Shown: one piece after another, positions 52,450 to 63,025 of the stretch
Layout: the number at the start of each line of letters is the position of its first letter
Numbering within the stretch: position 1 is the first letter of the stretch
Assembly: GCA_963816145.1 (NCBI GenBank)
Contig: CAWFJP010000029.1
Coordinates: 32,001 to 96,000 of the forward strand
Source of the DNA: an uncultured delta proteobacterium
GTDB lineage: Bacteria; Desulfobacterota; Binatia; UBA9968
Length of the DNA stretch: 64,000 bases
Direction of reading: 5' to 3'
The notes under the pieces: model-generated
The model's input: the letters and a program-made list of their open reading frames with translations, nothing else
Databases searched by the model: none
What the model was told of the DNA's origin: nothing
Translations under genes and position numbers: made by a program

Positions 52450-53784
52450 ATGAAGATCGCGATTACTACCTTGGGTTGCAAGATCAACCAGTACGACTCG
52501 GCGGTGATTCAAAACCGTTTGGAGAACAAGCATTCGTTCGTGCCCTTCGACGACGCGGCGGACTGCTACGTGATCAATACTTGCACGGTTACCGACCGCG
52601 CCGATTGGGAAGCCCGCCAGTTGGTGCGCCGCGCCAAGCGCCGGAATCCCGGCGCCAAGGTGCTGGTCACGGGTTGCTATGCCCAGGTCAATCCCGATGA
52701 GGTCGCGCGCGTGGCGGGCGTCGATTATGTCGTCGGCCTAAACCGACTGGATGATTTGCTTCGTTACGTCGAGTCTGCTCCGCTGGGAGAAACCCAAGTG
52801 TCGGTGAGTGACGTCAAGCGCGAGCGCGGTGTGCCGGTGCTAGGGACGCGGGCGCTGCCCGGCCATACGCGAGCTTTTTTGAAAATTCAGGAGGGCTGCA
52901 ACTACACCTGTACCTATTGCATCATTCCGACGGCGCGCGGACTGAGCCGCAGCGTGACGCCGCGGCAGGTCTTGGAGCAAGTGCGCCAGTTGGCCGGCGC
53001 GGGTTACCAAGAGATTGTCCTCACCGGCATTCATCTAGGTGGCTACGGCCAGGATCTCCAGCCGAAACTTGATTTAACCGCATTGGTCGAGCAGATCGCC
53101 GAGAGCGGACTGATGGCGCGTATTCGTCTGAGTTCTCTTGACCCGCGCGAAGTGCCAGACCGATTGCTCGACCTGATGGCGCGTTCGGTAACCATCTGCC
53201 CGCATCTGCACATCTGCGCCCAGGCGGGCGACGACGCGATCCTCAAAGCGATGCGGCGCAACTACGACACCGCCTACTATCGCGACCTGCTCGCGCGGGT
53301 GCGCGAGCGCTTGCCCGAGGCAGCGCTGGGCAGCGATATCATCGTCGGCTTTCCCGGCGAGAGCCCGGCGCAGTTCGAATCTTCGTTGGCATATTTTGAC
53401 TCTTTGCCGTTGACTTATTTCCACGTCTTTCCCTATTCGGCGCGGCGCGGCACGGCGGCGACGGCGTTGCTGAATTCTGTGCCGGCGGCGGAAAAAAAGC
53501 TGCGCGCGCAACGCATGCGTGAATTGGGCGCGCGCAAGAAGCAGGAGTTTTGCTCCGGCTTTGCCGGCCGCCAGGTCACCGTTCTTATCGAGGGGAAAAT
53601 CGACAAGGCGAGCGGTGCTCAGCGCGGCTTCAGCCGCAATTACCTGCCCGTCGCGCTCGCCGGCGGCGGCGAGCGCGCCAACTGTGAAGTTACGGTGCGT
53701 TTGGGCGAGTACCGCAACGGTTGGCTCCGCGGCATCACCGACGCGCCCGTGGGCGAGCGAAACCCGTCCGCCGCGCTTTCTTAA
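52450..53784 (+). CDS. mtaB: tRNA methylthiotransferase MtaB
   Basis: TLGCKINQYD, INTCTVT, VTGCYAQ, KIQEGCNYTCTYC, HVFPYS.R.GT. Confidence 0.93.
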   Translation: MKIAITTLGCKINQYDSAVIQNRLENKHSFVPFDDAADCYVINTCTVTDRADWEARQLVRRAKRRNPGAKVLVTGCYAQVNPDEVARVAGVDYVVGLNRLDDLLRYVESAPLGETQVSVSDVKRERGVPVLGTRALPGHTRAFLKIQEGCNYTCTYCIIPTARGLSRSVTPRQVLEQVRQLAGAGYQEIVLTGIHLGGYGQDLQPKLDLTALVEQIAESGLMARIRLSSLDPREVPDRLLDLMARSVTICPHLHICAQAGDDAILKAMRRNYDTAYYRDLLARVRERLPEAALGSDIIVGFPGESPAQFESSLAYFDSLPLTYFHVFPYSARRGTAATALLNSVPAAEKKLRAQRMRELGARKKQEFCSGFAGRQVTVLIEGKIDKASGAQRGFSRNYLPVALAGGGERANCEVTVRLGEYRNGWLRGITDAPVGERNPSAALS

Positions 53785-53791
53785 GACGGAT

Positions 53792-54481
53792 TTGGATACC
53801 GACGATCAACTTAATCTGTTACGGCGTGAACTGGGCTATACTTTCAAAGATCCCGGTTTATTGCGGCGTGCCCTCACCCATGTGTCCTACGACCGCCATA
53901 AGCGCGGCGATCATAACGAGGTCCTGGAATTTCTCGGCGACGCGGTGCTCGACCTGGCGGTGAGCGATTTGTTGATGCAGCATAATCCCGACAAGACCGA
54001 GGGCGACCTGTCGCGCATGCGCGCGGCACTGGTGAATTCCACGGTGCTGGCGGAAAAGGCCGGCGAGCTCAATCTCGGCGCGCTCCTGCGCCTGGGTAAG
54101 GGCGAAGAGCGCAGCGAGGGGCGCAGCAAACCGTCGATATTAGCCGGCGCGTTCGAAGCGATCCTCGGCGCGGTATACCGCGACGGCGGTTACGAAGCGG
54201 CTCGCGGCGTCGTCGAGCGGTTTTTTCTTCACGAGGTTACCGGCAAGCAGCTGGGCCAGCAAGACTATAAGACCCGGTTACAAGAAATCAGCCAGATGCT
54301 GTTTCACGCCCCGCCCAGCTATCGCATCGTTGCCGAAGCCGGTCCCGATCACGAGAAACTTTTTGTCACCGAGATCACGGTGGGCGGTCAGGTGTTGGGC
54401 CGGGGCGAGGGGAAGAGCAAAAAAGTTTCCGAGCAGGAAGCGGCTCGAATAGCGTTGCTGGAGCTGCAGCAGTCCCGGTAA
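53792..54481 (+). CDS. rnc: Ribonuclease III
   Basis: ALTH.S, NE.LEFLGDAVL, FEAILGA, DYKTRLQE (dsRBD). Confidence 0.96.
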   Translation: MDTDDQLNLLRRELGYTFKDPGLLRRALTHVSYDRHKRGDHNEVLEFLGDAVLDLAVSDLLMQHNPDKTEGDLSRMRAALVNSTVLAEKAGELNLGALLRLGKGEERSEGRSKPSILAGAFEAILGAVYRDGGYEAARGVVERFFLHEVTGKQLGQQDYKTRLQEISQMLFHAPPSYRIVAEAGPDHEKLFVTEITVGGQVLGRGEGKSKKVSEQEAARIALLELQQSR

Positions 54482-54485
54482 ACTA

Positions 54486-54684
54486 AACAACCCTCGGCTT
54501 TAAGCGGGGGGGGGTTCTATATTTGTCGACTGGAAGTCGACTCTTCGGGGCCGTCATTCCGGCGTAGGCCGGAATCCAGGTTCCGTTTGGCCTTGAAGCG
54601 CGCGCGAAGATGGATGCCGGCCTGCGCCGGCATGACAAACCCTCTCTTCGCCTCAAGGCGAGGGAGTTCAACCATTCCCGAGAG
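54486..54684. mobile_element. ~200-bp MITE/REPIN-like element, copy 1
   Basis: Reverse-complement match to 60713-60956. Internal GTCATTCCGGC...GCCGGCATGAC palindrome and a terminal CCCTCGGCTTTA...GGG hairpin. Confidence 0.8.
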
Positions 54685-54785
54685 CGACATTAATCGTGTT
54701 CCTGGCTCGTGATAGTCTCGTAGGAAAGCCGAAAGTCATTTTCCGAGATACGCGCAGCAAAAACGAACACGATCACGATTTTCAC

Positions 54786-56471
54786 ATGTCTCATCTCTCC
54801 ACGGATGTTCTGATCATCGGTGCCGGCGGCGCTGGCATGTACGCGGCCATCGCGGCGGCGCGTAATGGCGCGTCGGTACTTTTACTTGATAAGAGCCAAG
54901 TGGGGCGCGGCGGCGCGACGATCATGGCGCAGATGACCGTCGCCGTCGCGTTAGGCGAACAGGAGCCCGACTCGGTTCAACTTCATTTTCAGGATACATT
55001 GACTGCCGGGCGCGGCCTGTGCAACGAAGAGCTTGCCTATTTGCTGTGCGACGACGGTCCCAAGCGGATTCGCGAAATGGCCGAGTGGGGTACCCGCTGG
55101 GCGCGCGAAGACGGTCATATCAAACAAGAGATGGCGCCCGGCCATAGCGTCAAGCGCTGCTGCTACGTCGATTTTCTCAATACCGGTCCGGCGGTCGCCG
55201 CGACCTTGCGCCGCAAGGTCGGCGAGATTGCCGCGATTCGCCGCATTAGCAATTTAGCGGTGGTGGAAATGCTTGTGCGCGACGGTCAGGTCATCGGTGC
55301 TGTGGGCGTCAATCTCGTCGACGGTCAATGGGTTTCGATCGAAGCTAGGGCCGTCATTCTTGCCGCCGGCGGTCTGACCAAACTCTTCGAGCGCAATAGC
55401 GCGTCGGCTAACATGGGCGGCGAAGCCTACGCCATGGCGCTATGGGCCGGCGCCGAATTGATCGATATGGAATTTGTCCAGTTCTTTCCCATCGGTCATT
55501 TGGCGCCGCGTTTGGTCGGCATGGACCCGATCATGTGGGATCCGTTTCGTTATAAGCTTGGCGGCAAACTGCTCAACGGCAGATTCGAAGAGTTCGTCGA
55601 CCGCTACGGCAGCACGGACTTCGGCAAGTATAACGCGACCCGCGACATCGCCGCGTACGCGATACTCAAAGAAGTCGAAGCTGGGCGGGGCACGCCTCAC
55701 GGCGGCGCCTATCTCGACTTCCGCCATATTCCAGCGGCGCAACTGCGCGGCGCCTTCGGTCCGGTTGTCGACCGGTTGTTGGCCAATGGCATCGACCTGA
55801 CCAAGACGCCGGTGGAGGTCTCGCCGATCGCGCATTATCACATGGGCGGCATTCGCGTCGACGCGAACATGGAAACCCGGATCGCCGGTCTCTATGCCGC
55901 CGGCGAAGCGGTGGGCGGGGCCAATGGCGCCAACCGGTTGTCCGGTAACGCCATCACCGAGGCGTTTGTCTTCGGTGAGCGCGCCGGAGCGAGCGCCGCG
56001 CTCAAAGTCAAATCAGAGAGTGCTCCTTGGGATGACATGGCGGCGACGGCGGCCCTCGAACGTTTGCGCGATTCCCCTTGCATCGAATCCAGCGACGCGC
56101 CGCCACCGATCTCATTACTGGCCGAGCTGCAAAAACTCATGTGGGAAAAGGCCGGGCCGTTTCGCACCGGGGATCAGCTTTTATCGGCACAGCGTCAAAT
56201 CGCGCGCATGCAGCGAGAGTTGCCCAGACTTCGCATCGGTTCGCAGGGCGCGTTCAATCTCGATCTGCAAGACTGGTTCGAGCTGCGCGCTATGCTGACG
56301 ACGGCCGCCGCGGTCGTCAAGTCGGCGCTGGCGCGCTGCGAGAGCCGCGGCGCGCACCAGCGCGAAGACTTTCCCGCGCCGGACGAATCTTTTCTAAAAA
56401 ACCAAGTCGTTGAGATGCGCAACGACGAACTGATTACGCGCTGGGTAGCGCCGGTTTGTTTGCGGGATTGA
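54786..56471 (+). CDS. SdhA/FrdA/NadB-family FAD-dependent oxidoreductase
   Basis: IIGAGGAG, DMEFVQF.P, HY.MGG, GANRL.GN, ESRGAH.R.DFP. Confidence 0.9.
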   Translation: MSHLSTDVLIIGAGGAGMYAAIAAARNGASVLLLDKSQVGRGGATIMAQMTVAVALGEQEPDSVQLHFQDTLTAGRGLCNEELAYLLCDDGPKRIREMAEWGTRWAREDGHIKQEMAPGHSVKRCCYVDFLNTGPAVAATLRRKVGEIAAIRRISNLAVVEMLVRDGQVIGAVGVNLVDGQWVSIEARAVILAAGGLTKLFERNSASANMGGEAYAMALWAGAELIDMEFVQFFPIGHLAPRLVGMDPIMWDPFRYKLGGKLLNGRFEEFVDRYGSTDFGKYNATRDIAAYAILKEVEAGRGTPHGGAYLDFRHIPAAQLRGAFGPVVDRLLANGIDLTKTPVEVSPIAHYHMGGIRVDANMETRIAGLYAAGEAVGGANGANRLSGNAITEAFVFGERAGASAALKVKSESAPWDDMAATAALERLRDSPCIESSDAPPPISLLAELQKLMWEKAGPFRTGDQLLSAQRQIARMQRELPRLRIGSQGAFNLDLQDWFELRAMLTTAAAVVKSALARCESRGAHQREDFPAPDESFLKNQVVEMRNDELITRWVAPVCLRD

Positions 56472-56821
56472 TGGCGATGGCCGCGATGAAGCAAACCGCG
56501 ACCCTGCATGTTCGGCGCGGAGCGCCCGGCGAAGCTGGGCGCTACGACGACTTCCATGTGCCCTTTGAAGACGGCATGTCGGTGCTCGACGCCCTGCGTT
56601 GGATTCGCACCAACATCGATAGCAGTCTGGCGATCCGCTACAGCTGCATCAACGCCAATGCCTGCAAAACCTGCATGGCGCTGGTTAACGGCGAGGTTGA
56701 ATACACTTGTATCGCCAAATTGACGCCAAAGACGACGACGGTAGAGCCGCTGCCTAAGCGGGCTTTGATCCGCGATCTGGTGACGGACGTGATTCCGGAT
56801 GATGAGAAACTTTACCGTTGA
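56471..56821 (+). CDS. Stand-alone SdhB/FrdB N-terminal-type 2Fe-2S protein
   Basis: SVLDALRWI...SLAIRYSC....CKTC...NG....TC, VEPL....IRDLV; no 4Fe-4S domain. Confidence 0.85.
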   Translation: MAMAAMKQTATLHVRRGAPGEAGRYDDFHVPFEDGMSVLDALRWIRTNIDSSLAIRYSCINANACKTCMALVNGEVEYTCIAKLTPKTTTVEPLPKRALIRDLVTDVIPDDEKLYR

Positions 56822-56833
56822 TAGGGTCACGCC

Positions 56834-57571
56834 ATGGATCAGTACGGTAAACCTTTCTTGACCGCCGAGTGGCGCTATCTGGCGATGCTCAACTATGAGC
56901 TCGAACCGGCAATTCTCCGGCGCTTCGTACCCCGCGGCACGGAACTGGATTCATGGAACCGAAAGACTTTCGTCAGCATGGTTGGCTTTTTGTTTCTCAA
57001 CACGCGGGTGATGGGGATACCGATTCTATTTCACGAGAAGTTTGAAGAGATCAACTTGCGCGTCTACGTGCGGCGCCGGGCAGAGGATGGCTGGCGCCGT
57101 GGTGTGGTCTTCATCAAAGAGATCGTGCCCCGAGCGGCGATCGCCTGGTTGGCGCGGTGGCTCTACAACGAGTACTACGTGGCATTGCCGACCGGCAATG
57201 CGCTATCGCGCTCATCGGCGGATGCCAAGAACATCGAATCGGCGAAATATTTTTGGACGTTTCAAAAGCGCGCGCAGTTTCTCGAAGTGGTGACCGATGG
57301 CATGCCGCGCCATTTCCTCGAAGGCTCTGAGGAAGAGTTTATCGCGCAGCATTACTGGGGCTATGCCGCGCAGCGAAATGGCGGGACGGTGGAATACCGT
57401 GTCGACCACCCGGTGTGGCGCATTTGGCAGACGCGCAGCGCGCGCTTGGATTGCGATGGCGAGAAGCTTTATGGCAAGGAGTTCGCCAAATTTTTGCAGG
57501 TACGGCCGTCGTCAGCATTTCTCGCCGAGGGGTCGGCGGTTACGGTTTATCGCGGCGTCACGATCGTTTGA
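56834..57571 (+). CDS. DUF2071 (YqjF-like) protein
   Basis: EWRYLAMLNY, P.GTELD, FEEINLR.YV, GVVF, Y.V.HP.W. Confidence 0.85.
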   Translation: MDQYGKPFLTAEWRYLAMLNYELEPAILRRFVPRGTELDSWNRKTFVSMVGFLFLNTRVMGIPILFHEKFEEINLRVYVRRRAEDGWRRGVVFIKEIVPRAAIAWLARWLYNEYYVALPTGNALSRSSADAKNIESAKYFWTFQKRAQFLEVVTDGMPRHFLEGSEEEFIAQHYWGYAAQRNGGTVEYRVDHPVWRIWQTRSARLDCDGEKLYGKEFAKFLQVRPSSAFLAEGSAVTVYRGVTIV

Positions 57572-57583
57572 CGCCGCAGCAGA

Positions 57584-58474
57584 CTAGGCGATTCCCATAA
57601 GCCTCGCCGGGTTGATCGACGCGACTTGATTAACCTCGCCTTTGCTCAAGCCGCCTTCGTGCAGCATGCCGAGATACATTCTAAATAGCTCAGCCGGGTT
57701 TGGGCTGTATGGGCGAAAGTAATCGGTGCTGGCGACGATCTGGCGCAGGCCCACAGCGCGAAACTGTTTGACCAGATCCGGCGAGTCCAATCGACCGGGC
57801 GCCAGCGCGTTCCAGCAGGATTCGACAAACGCACCCATGTCGGCGGCCTTTTTTTGCGCCTCCATCGGCATGTTGATCATATGGGCCTGGGCGTGGTTGA
57901 TCACCAGCCGATGGCTGTAACCCATGTCGCGCGCCGCTTCGATAAACGCCAGCGATTCCTGCCAGGATACATGTCCCATGCCGAGGGTGAGGTCATGGGC
58001 TTTGCAGGCTTCGATAATCTCATACCCACGCTGGACGAGCTTACCTTTGTCGTCGAGAAAATAATAGTTGGGGTTCTCCAACGCGGCGTGGGCTTTGTAA
58101 TACGACTTGATGCGGTGGCTGAAACCTTTGTGTTCGACGTCGTTGCGCGCGCTCCAGGTCGGCAGGAAAACCATCTTGCCGCCGAGTTCGGCACAAGCTT
58201 CGACGATGCAAGGATTGGGGCCGCCGGCGGTGGCGTTGAGAACCACACTCGACCAGATTTCCATTTTGGTTTGCACCGACGCCAAGATGTACGGCGCGAC
58301 GTTGACCGTCGGCCACCAGTGGGATTTGAGCACGACGCCGCGCATGCCCATGGCCTCGGCTTTGGGTATCCAAAGAAACTCCGGCTCGCGTTTGCGCTCC
58401 TTGGCGGAAAATTCGAAATCGATGTGGCAGTGAACGTCAATGACACCTTCCATCATGTCATCGTACAAGGTCAT
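57584..58474 (-). CDS. DUF6282-like amidohydrolase-fold metalloprotein
   Basis: IDVHCH, GMRGVVLKSH, GH, NH, STD, NPARL. Confidence 0.75.
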   Translation of the reverse strand: MTLYDDMMEGVIDVHCHIDFEFSAKERKREPEFLWIPKAEAMGMRGVVLKSHWWPTVNVAPYILASVQTKMEIWSSVVLNATAGGPNPCIVEACAELGGKMVFLPTWSARNDVEHKGFSHRIKSYYKAHAALENPNYYFLDDKGKLVQRGYEIIEACKAHDLTLGMGHVSWQESLAFIEAARDMGYSHRLVINHAQAHMINMPMEAQKKAADMGAFVESCWNALAPGRLDSPDLVKQFRAVGLRQIVASTDYFRPYSPNPAELFRMYLGMLHEGGLSKGEVNQVASINPARLMGIA

Positions 58475-58501
58475 GGATAGCTCCTTTGGAAAGGGAATTT
58501 A

Positions 58502-58635
58502 ACCACAAAGGACAAAGTTAGGAATTCGGATTAAGAGGACTGGCCGCAAAGAACGCAAAGGGCACAAAGAAAATTTGTAATTCGGCAAGGGAGTTCATTC
58601 CCTGACGATCACGAACGCGTTTACGATCACGGTAT
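58502..58635. repeat. Degenerate CACAAAG/CGCAAAG and GATCACG repeats
   Basis: CGCAAAGAA CGCAAAGGG CACAAAG, then ACGATCACG...ACGATCACG. Confidence 0.55.
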
Positions 58636-58642
58636 CTGTCCG

Positions 58643-59920
<1,278 letters not shown>

Positions 59921-60137
59921 GTGAGAACCTCCAGTCGATTATCAGGAAGGCGCTGGCCGCGATGGGCGGTCCAGCTGCCACTTTTGGGACTGTACTGAAA
60001 AAAGCCCGGGAAGTCATCACCCGGCTGACATGACTCATCGTCGAGTTTCGCCGAAACTAACTATCGAGAGTGCGTGGGTTACTCTCGCATCGCGGCCGTC
60101 GTTGCAGGACTTGGCAGACTCGGTTAGATTTCCGGCA

Positions 60138-60686
60138 ATGGCGCTGAACCCGAAACAGCGAGCTGTCGTTAGAAGTGCGCTCGTTGCGGTAATCATCGTC
60201 GCTGCAGCTGTGTCGGCATCGCGCTTGATTCCGTCTGCAGCGCTGCCGCTAGATCAACCGGCTGCCCGCATCGCATGGGCGTTGCCGTGGGCTGTGCTGC
60301 CTCTCTTGACGCTCATGGTTTCGATCATGCGGGTGGCCAATCACCGGTTCTCCACGCCGGAAGATATTGACGGCAGCGGGCTGACGGTTGGAACTCCAAG
60401 GGTGCAGGTTCTGCGCGCGATCCTGCAAAATACTCTGGAACAAGCTGTGTTGGCGGTCGGCGGATTTCTCATCGGCTCGGTGACATTGCCGCATGGCTGG
60501 CTTGGGGTCATCCCGGTTGCGGCGCTGTTATTTGTTATCGGCCGAATCCTTTTCTTAGTCGGCTATGCTAGCGGCGCCGGAGGACGCGCGTTGGGGTTTG
60601 GGCTGACGGCGTATCCGACATTCGGTTTATTGATAACGGTCGCGGTGATACTGATCATGCGAGCGGCGGGTTGGCTTGTTCAATAA
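60138..60686 (+). CDS. MAPEG-family membrane protein
   Basis: Four TMs, LQNTLEQ, GRILF..GY, RALGF. Confidence 0.8.
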   Translation: MALNPKQRAVVRSALVAVIIVAAAVSASRLIPSAALPLDQPAARIAWALPWAVLPLLTLMVSIMRVANHRFSTPEDIDGSGLTVGTPRVQVLRAILQNTLEQAVLAVGGFLIGSVTLPHGWLGVIPVAALLFVIGRILFLVGYASGAGGRALGFGLTAYPTFGLLITVAVILIMRAAGWLVQ

Positions 60687-60712
60687 ATTCGCCAATGACA
60701 GAGTTAATGTGT

Positions 60713-60956
60713 CTCTCGGGGATGGTTGAAATCCCTCACCCCTTCGAGAAACCTCAGGGCAAGCTTGAGGCGAAGAGAAGGTTTGTCATGCCGGCGAAGG
60801 CCGGCATCCACCTTCGTGCGCGCTGCAAGGCCACAGAAAACCTGGATTCCGGCCCCGGATCAGGTTCGGGGCAGGCTCTGCGCCGGAATGACGACCCGGA
60901 AGAGTCGACTTCTAGTCGACGAATTCAGAACCCCTCGGCTTTAACCCGAGGCTCAT
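60713..60956. mobile_element. MITE/REPIN-like element, copy 2, with two extra inserted modules
   Basis: Matches 54486-54684 in inverted orientation. Inserts CCTTCGAGAAACCTCAGGGC and CCGGATCAGGTTCGGGGCAGGC. Confidence 0.8.
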
Positions 60957-60996
60957 TCAGTTTGTTGAACTCATTCTTAGGTAGCTGACGAGGACC

Positions 60997-61893
60997 ATGA
61001 TGGCTGAAGTGGAATTTCACGGTGTGTTCCCTTACTTAGTATCGCCCATAGATGCGTCCGGCGAGGTCAAGGCCGAAGTACTGGCGCGGCTATGCGACGA
61101 TCTGATTCAGGCCGGTATCCATGGTTTGACGCCGCTCGGGTCGACGGGGGAGTTTGCTTATCTTTGCTGGGCGCAGCGGCGGCGCGTGGTCGAAGTCGTC
61201 ATCGAGGCGGCGCGCGGGCGGGTGCCGGTGGTTGCCGGGGTGGCGTCGACGACCATCGCCGATGCGACGACGCAGGCGTGCGAATTTGAACAAATGGGGG
61301 CGAGCGGCATTCTGGCGATTCTCGAAGCCTATTTCCCGCTATCCGACGACGGCGTGTTTTCCTATTTCAAGGCGATCGCCGATGCGGTGTCGCTGCCGGT
61401 GGTGCTTTACACCAACCCCAACTTTCAGCGTTCGGACCTGAACCTGCCGGTGATCGACCGGCTGAGCCGTGTCTCTAACATCGGCTACATTAAAGATGCG
61501 TCCAATAATACCGGACGGCTGCTCTCGATTCTAAATCTAGTCCAAGGGCGGATGAAAGTGTTTGCCGCGTCGGCGCATATCCCGGCCGCAGTGATGTTGA
61601 TCGGCGGCGTCGGTTGGATGGCCGGGCCGGCTTGCGTGGCGCCGCGCCAGAGCGTCGAGCTATACGAGACCTGCCGACGCGGCGATTGGACGGGCGCGAT
61701 GGCATTGCAGCGGCCGCTTTGGGCGCTCAACCAAGCCTTCGCCAAGTACAACCTCGCGGCTTGCATCAAAGGCGCTCTCGAACTCCAAGGCTATGCCGTG
61801 GGCGCGCCCTTGCCGCCGCAGGCGCCGCTGGCGCCTGAGGCACTCGAAGACGTCAAGCGCACGCTCATCGCCATCGGCGCGCTGAAGTCGTGA
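60997..61893 (+). CDS. DHDPS-family class I aldolase/lyase
   Basis: [18 protein letters not shown], Schiff-base Lys in IKDAS. Confidence 0.88.
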   Translation: MMAEVEFHGVFPYLVSPIDASGEVKAEVLARLCDDLIQAGIHGLTPLGSTGEFAYLCWAQRRRVVEVVIEAARGRVPVVAGVASTTIADATTQACEFEQMGASGILAILEAYFPLSDDGVFSYFKAIADAVSLPVVLYTNPNFQRSDLNLPVIDRLSRVSNIGYIKDASNNTGRLLSILNLVQGRMKVFAASAHIPAAVMLIGGVGWMAGPACVAPRQSVELYETCRRGDWTGAMALQRPLWALNQAFAKYNLAACIKGALELQGYAVGAPLPPQAPLAPEALEDVKRTLIAIGALKS

Positions 61894-61976
61894 TTGCAAT
61901 TTTAGACCGGGTGGAGTTATTCAAGTACTCAGACTCTTCGATTATCGTCGATCACTCGGTTGGAAGGAGTTTCTCC

Positions 61977-62975
61977 ATGATGCGTTCGTTCCATGCGAAG
62001 CCTGTTTCAAACGTGATCATCATCGCGTTCCTATTGGTTTTCGCTCTGGTGTCGGACGCATTCGCAGCGACGCCGACAAAAAGGGTGCGCATCCTCTTCG
62101 CTGACTTTAGTGAACGGATGGGGCTTTTCTTCGTCGCCAAAGACCAACATTTTTTCGAAGAACATGGACTTGAGGCCGATCTCGTCCAGGTGAACAGCGG
62201 TCCGGTGGCGGTCGCGGCGATGGCGGCGAACGAGGCGGAGTTCTACACCGTTTCAGCGACCGGCTCGGCCCTCGGCGCCATGGTGAGCGGGCTCGATCTC
62301 GTCTGGGTCGCTGGAATGATCAATAAGCTTGACGGCTACTTCTACGTTGCGCCGAAGATCCAAAAACCGGACGATTTGAAGGGGAAAATAATTGGCGTGC
62401 AGAGTATTGGCGGCGGCATCTGGATGTTCACGATGATGACCTTCGATCATTGGGGCATCAGTCCGGAGCGCGATAAGATTCAGATGCGCGTGATCGGCGA
62501 CCAGTCCGTCTTGGTTCAGGCTCTGGGTGCCGGTATTATCGATGGCGCCGTTTTGGGCTATGCCTACAGTAGTGTGGTGCAGCGAAATGGCGGACGGCTT
62601 TTGGCCGATCTCGGGACACTGAAGATCGCGTACCAAGGAACCGGCTTGGTAGCACGCCGAAGTTTTATCGCCGGCTCGCCTGACACCATCGAGAGGACGC
62701 TTAGAGCGTTTATCAAAGCGAACGCGTTCTTGCAGGACAAGAACAATCAGCCGGCGGTCATTCGAAGCCTGCGCAAATGGCTGCGGCTGCCCGCCAGCGA
62801 GAATACCGACGAGCTCTACGAACGAATGAAATCGCTCTACGACCGTCGCATCAGCCCAACCCGAGAGGGCGTGCAAAATGCCCTGCGCGTGCTCAGTAAA
62901 GCCGACTCAAAATACGCCAAACTGAAAGTGGAAGATTTGATCGACGATCGGATCGTGCGGAAGTTAGAGAATTAG
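61977..62975 (+). CDS. NMT1/SsuA-like ABC substrate-binding protein
   Basis: AAGGAG RBS, signal peptide (AFA-A), FFEEHGLE, DLKGKIIGV. Confidence 0.85.
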   Translation: MMRSFHAKPVSNVIIIAFLLVFALVSDAFAATPTKRVRILFADFSERMGLFFVAKDQHFFEEHGLEADLVQVNSGPVAVAAMAANEAEFYTVSATGSALGAMVSGLDLVWVAGMINKLDGYFYVAPKIQKPDDLKGKIIGVQSIGGGIWMFTMMTFDHWGISPERDKIQMRVIGDQSVLVQALGAGIIDGAVLGYAYSSVVQRNGGRLLADLGTLKIAYQGTGLVARRSFIAGSPDTIERTLRAFIKANAFLQDKNNQPAVIRSLRKWLRLPASENTDELYERMKSLYDRRISPTREGVQNALRVLSKADSKYAKLKVEDLIDDRIVRKLEN

Positions 62976-63025
62976 CAAGTTCGCGGGCAGGTCACAAAAC
63001 CAATTTTCGAGAGTGGGGGTAAACT

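Noticed and set aside
54786-56471. Assigning the symbol sdhA, frdA or nadB
   Set aside because: Key His residues are substituted and no membrane-anchor or nadA/nadC genes are adjacent.
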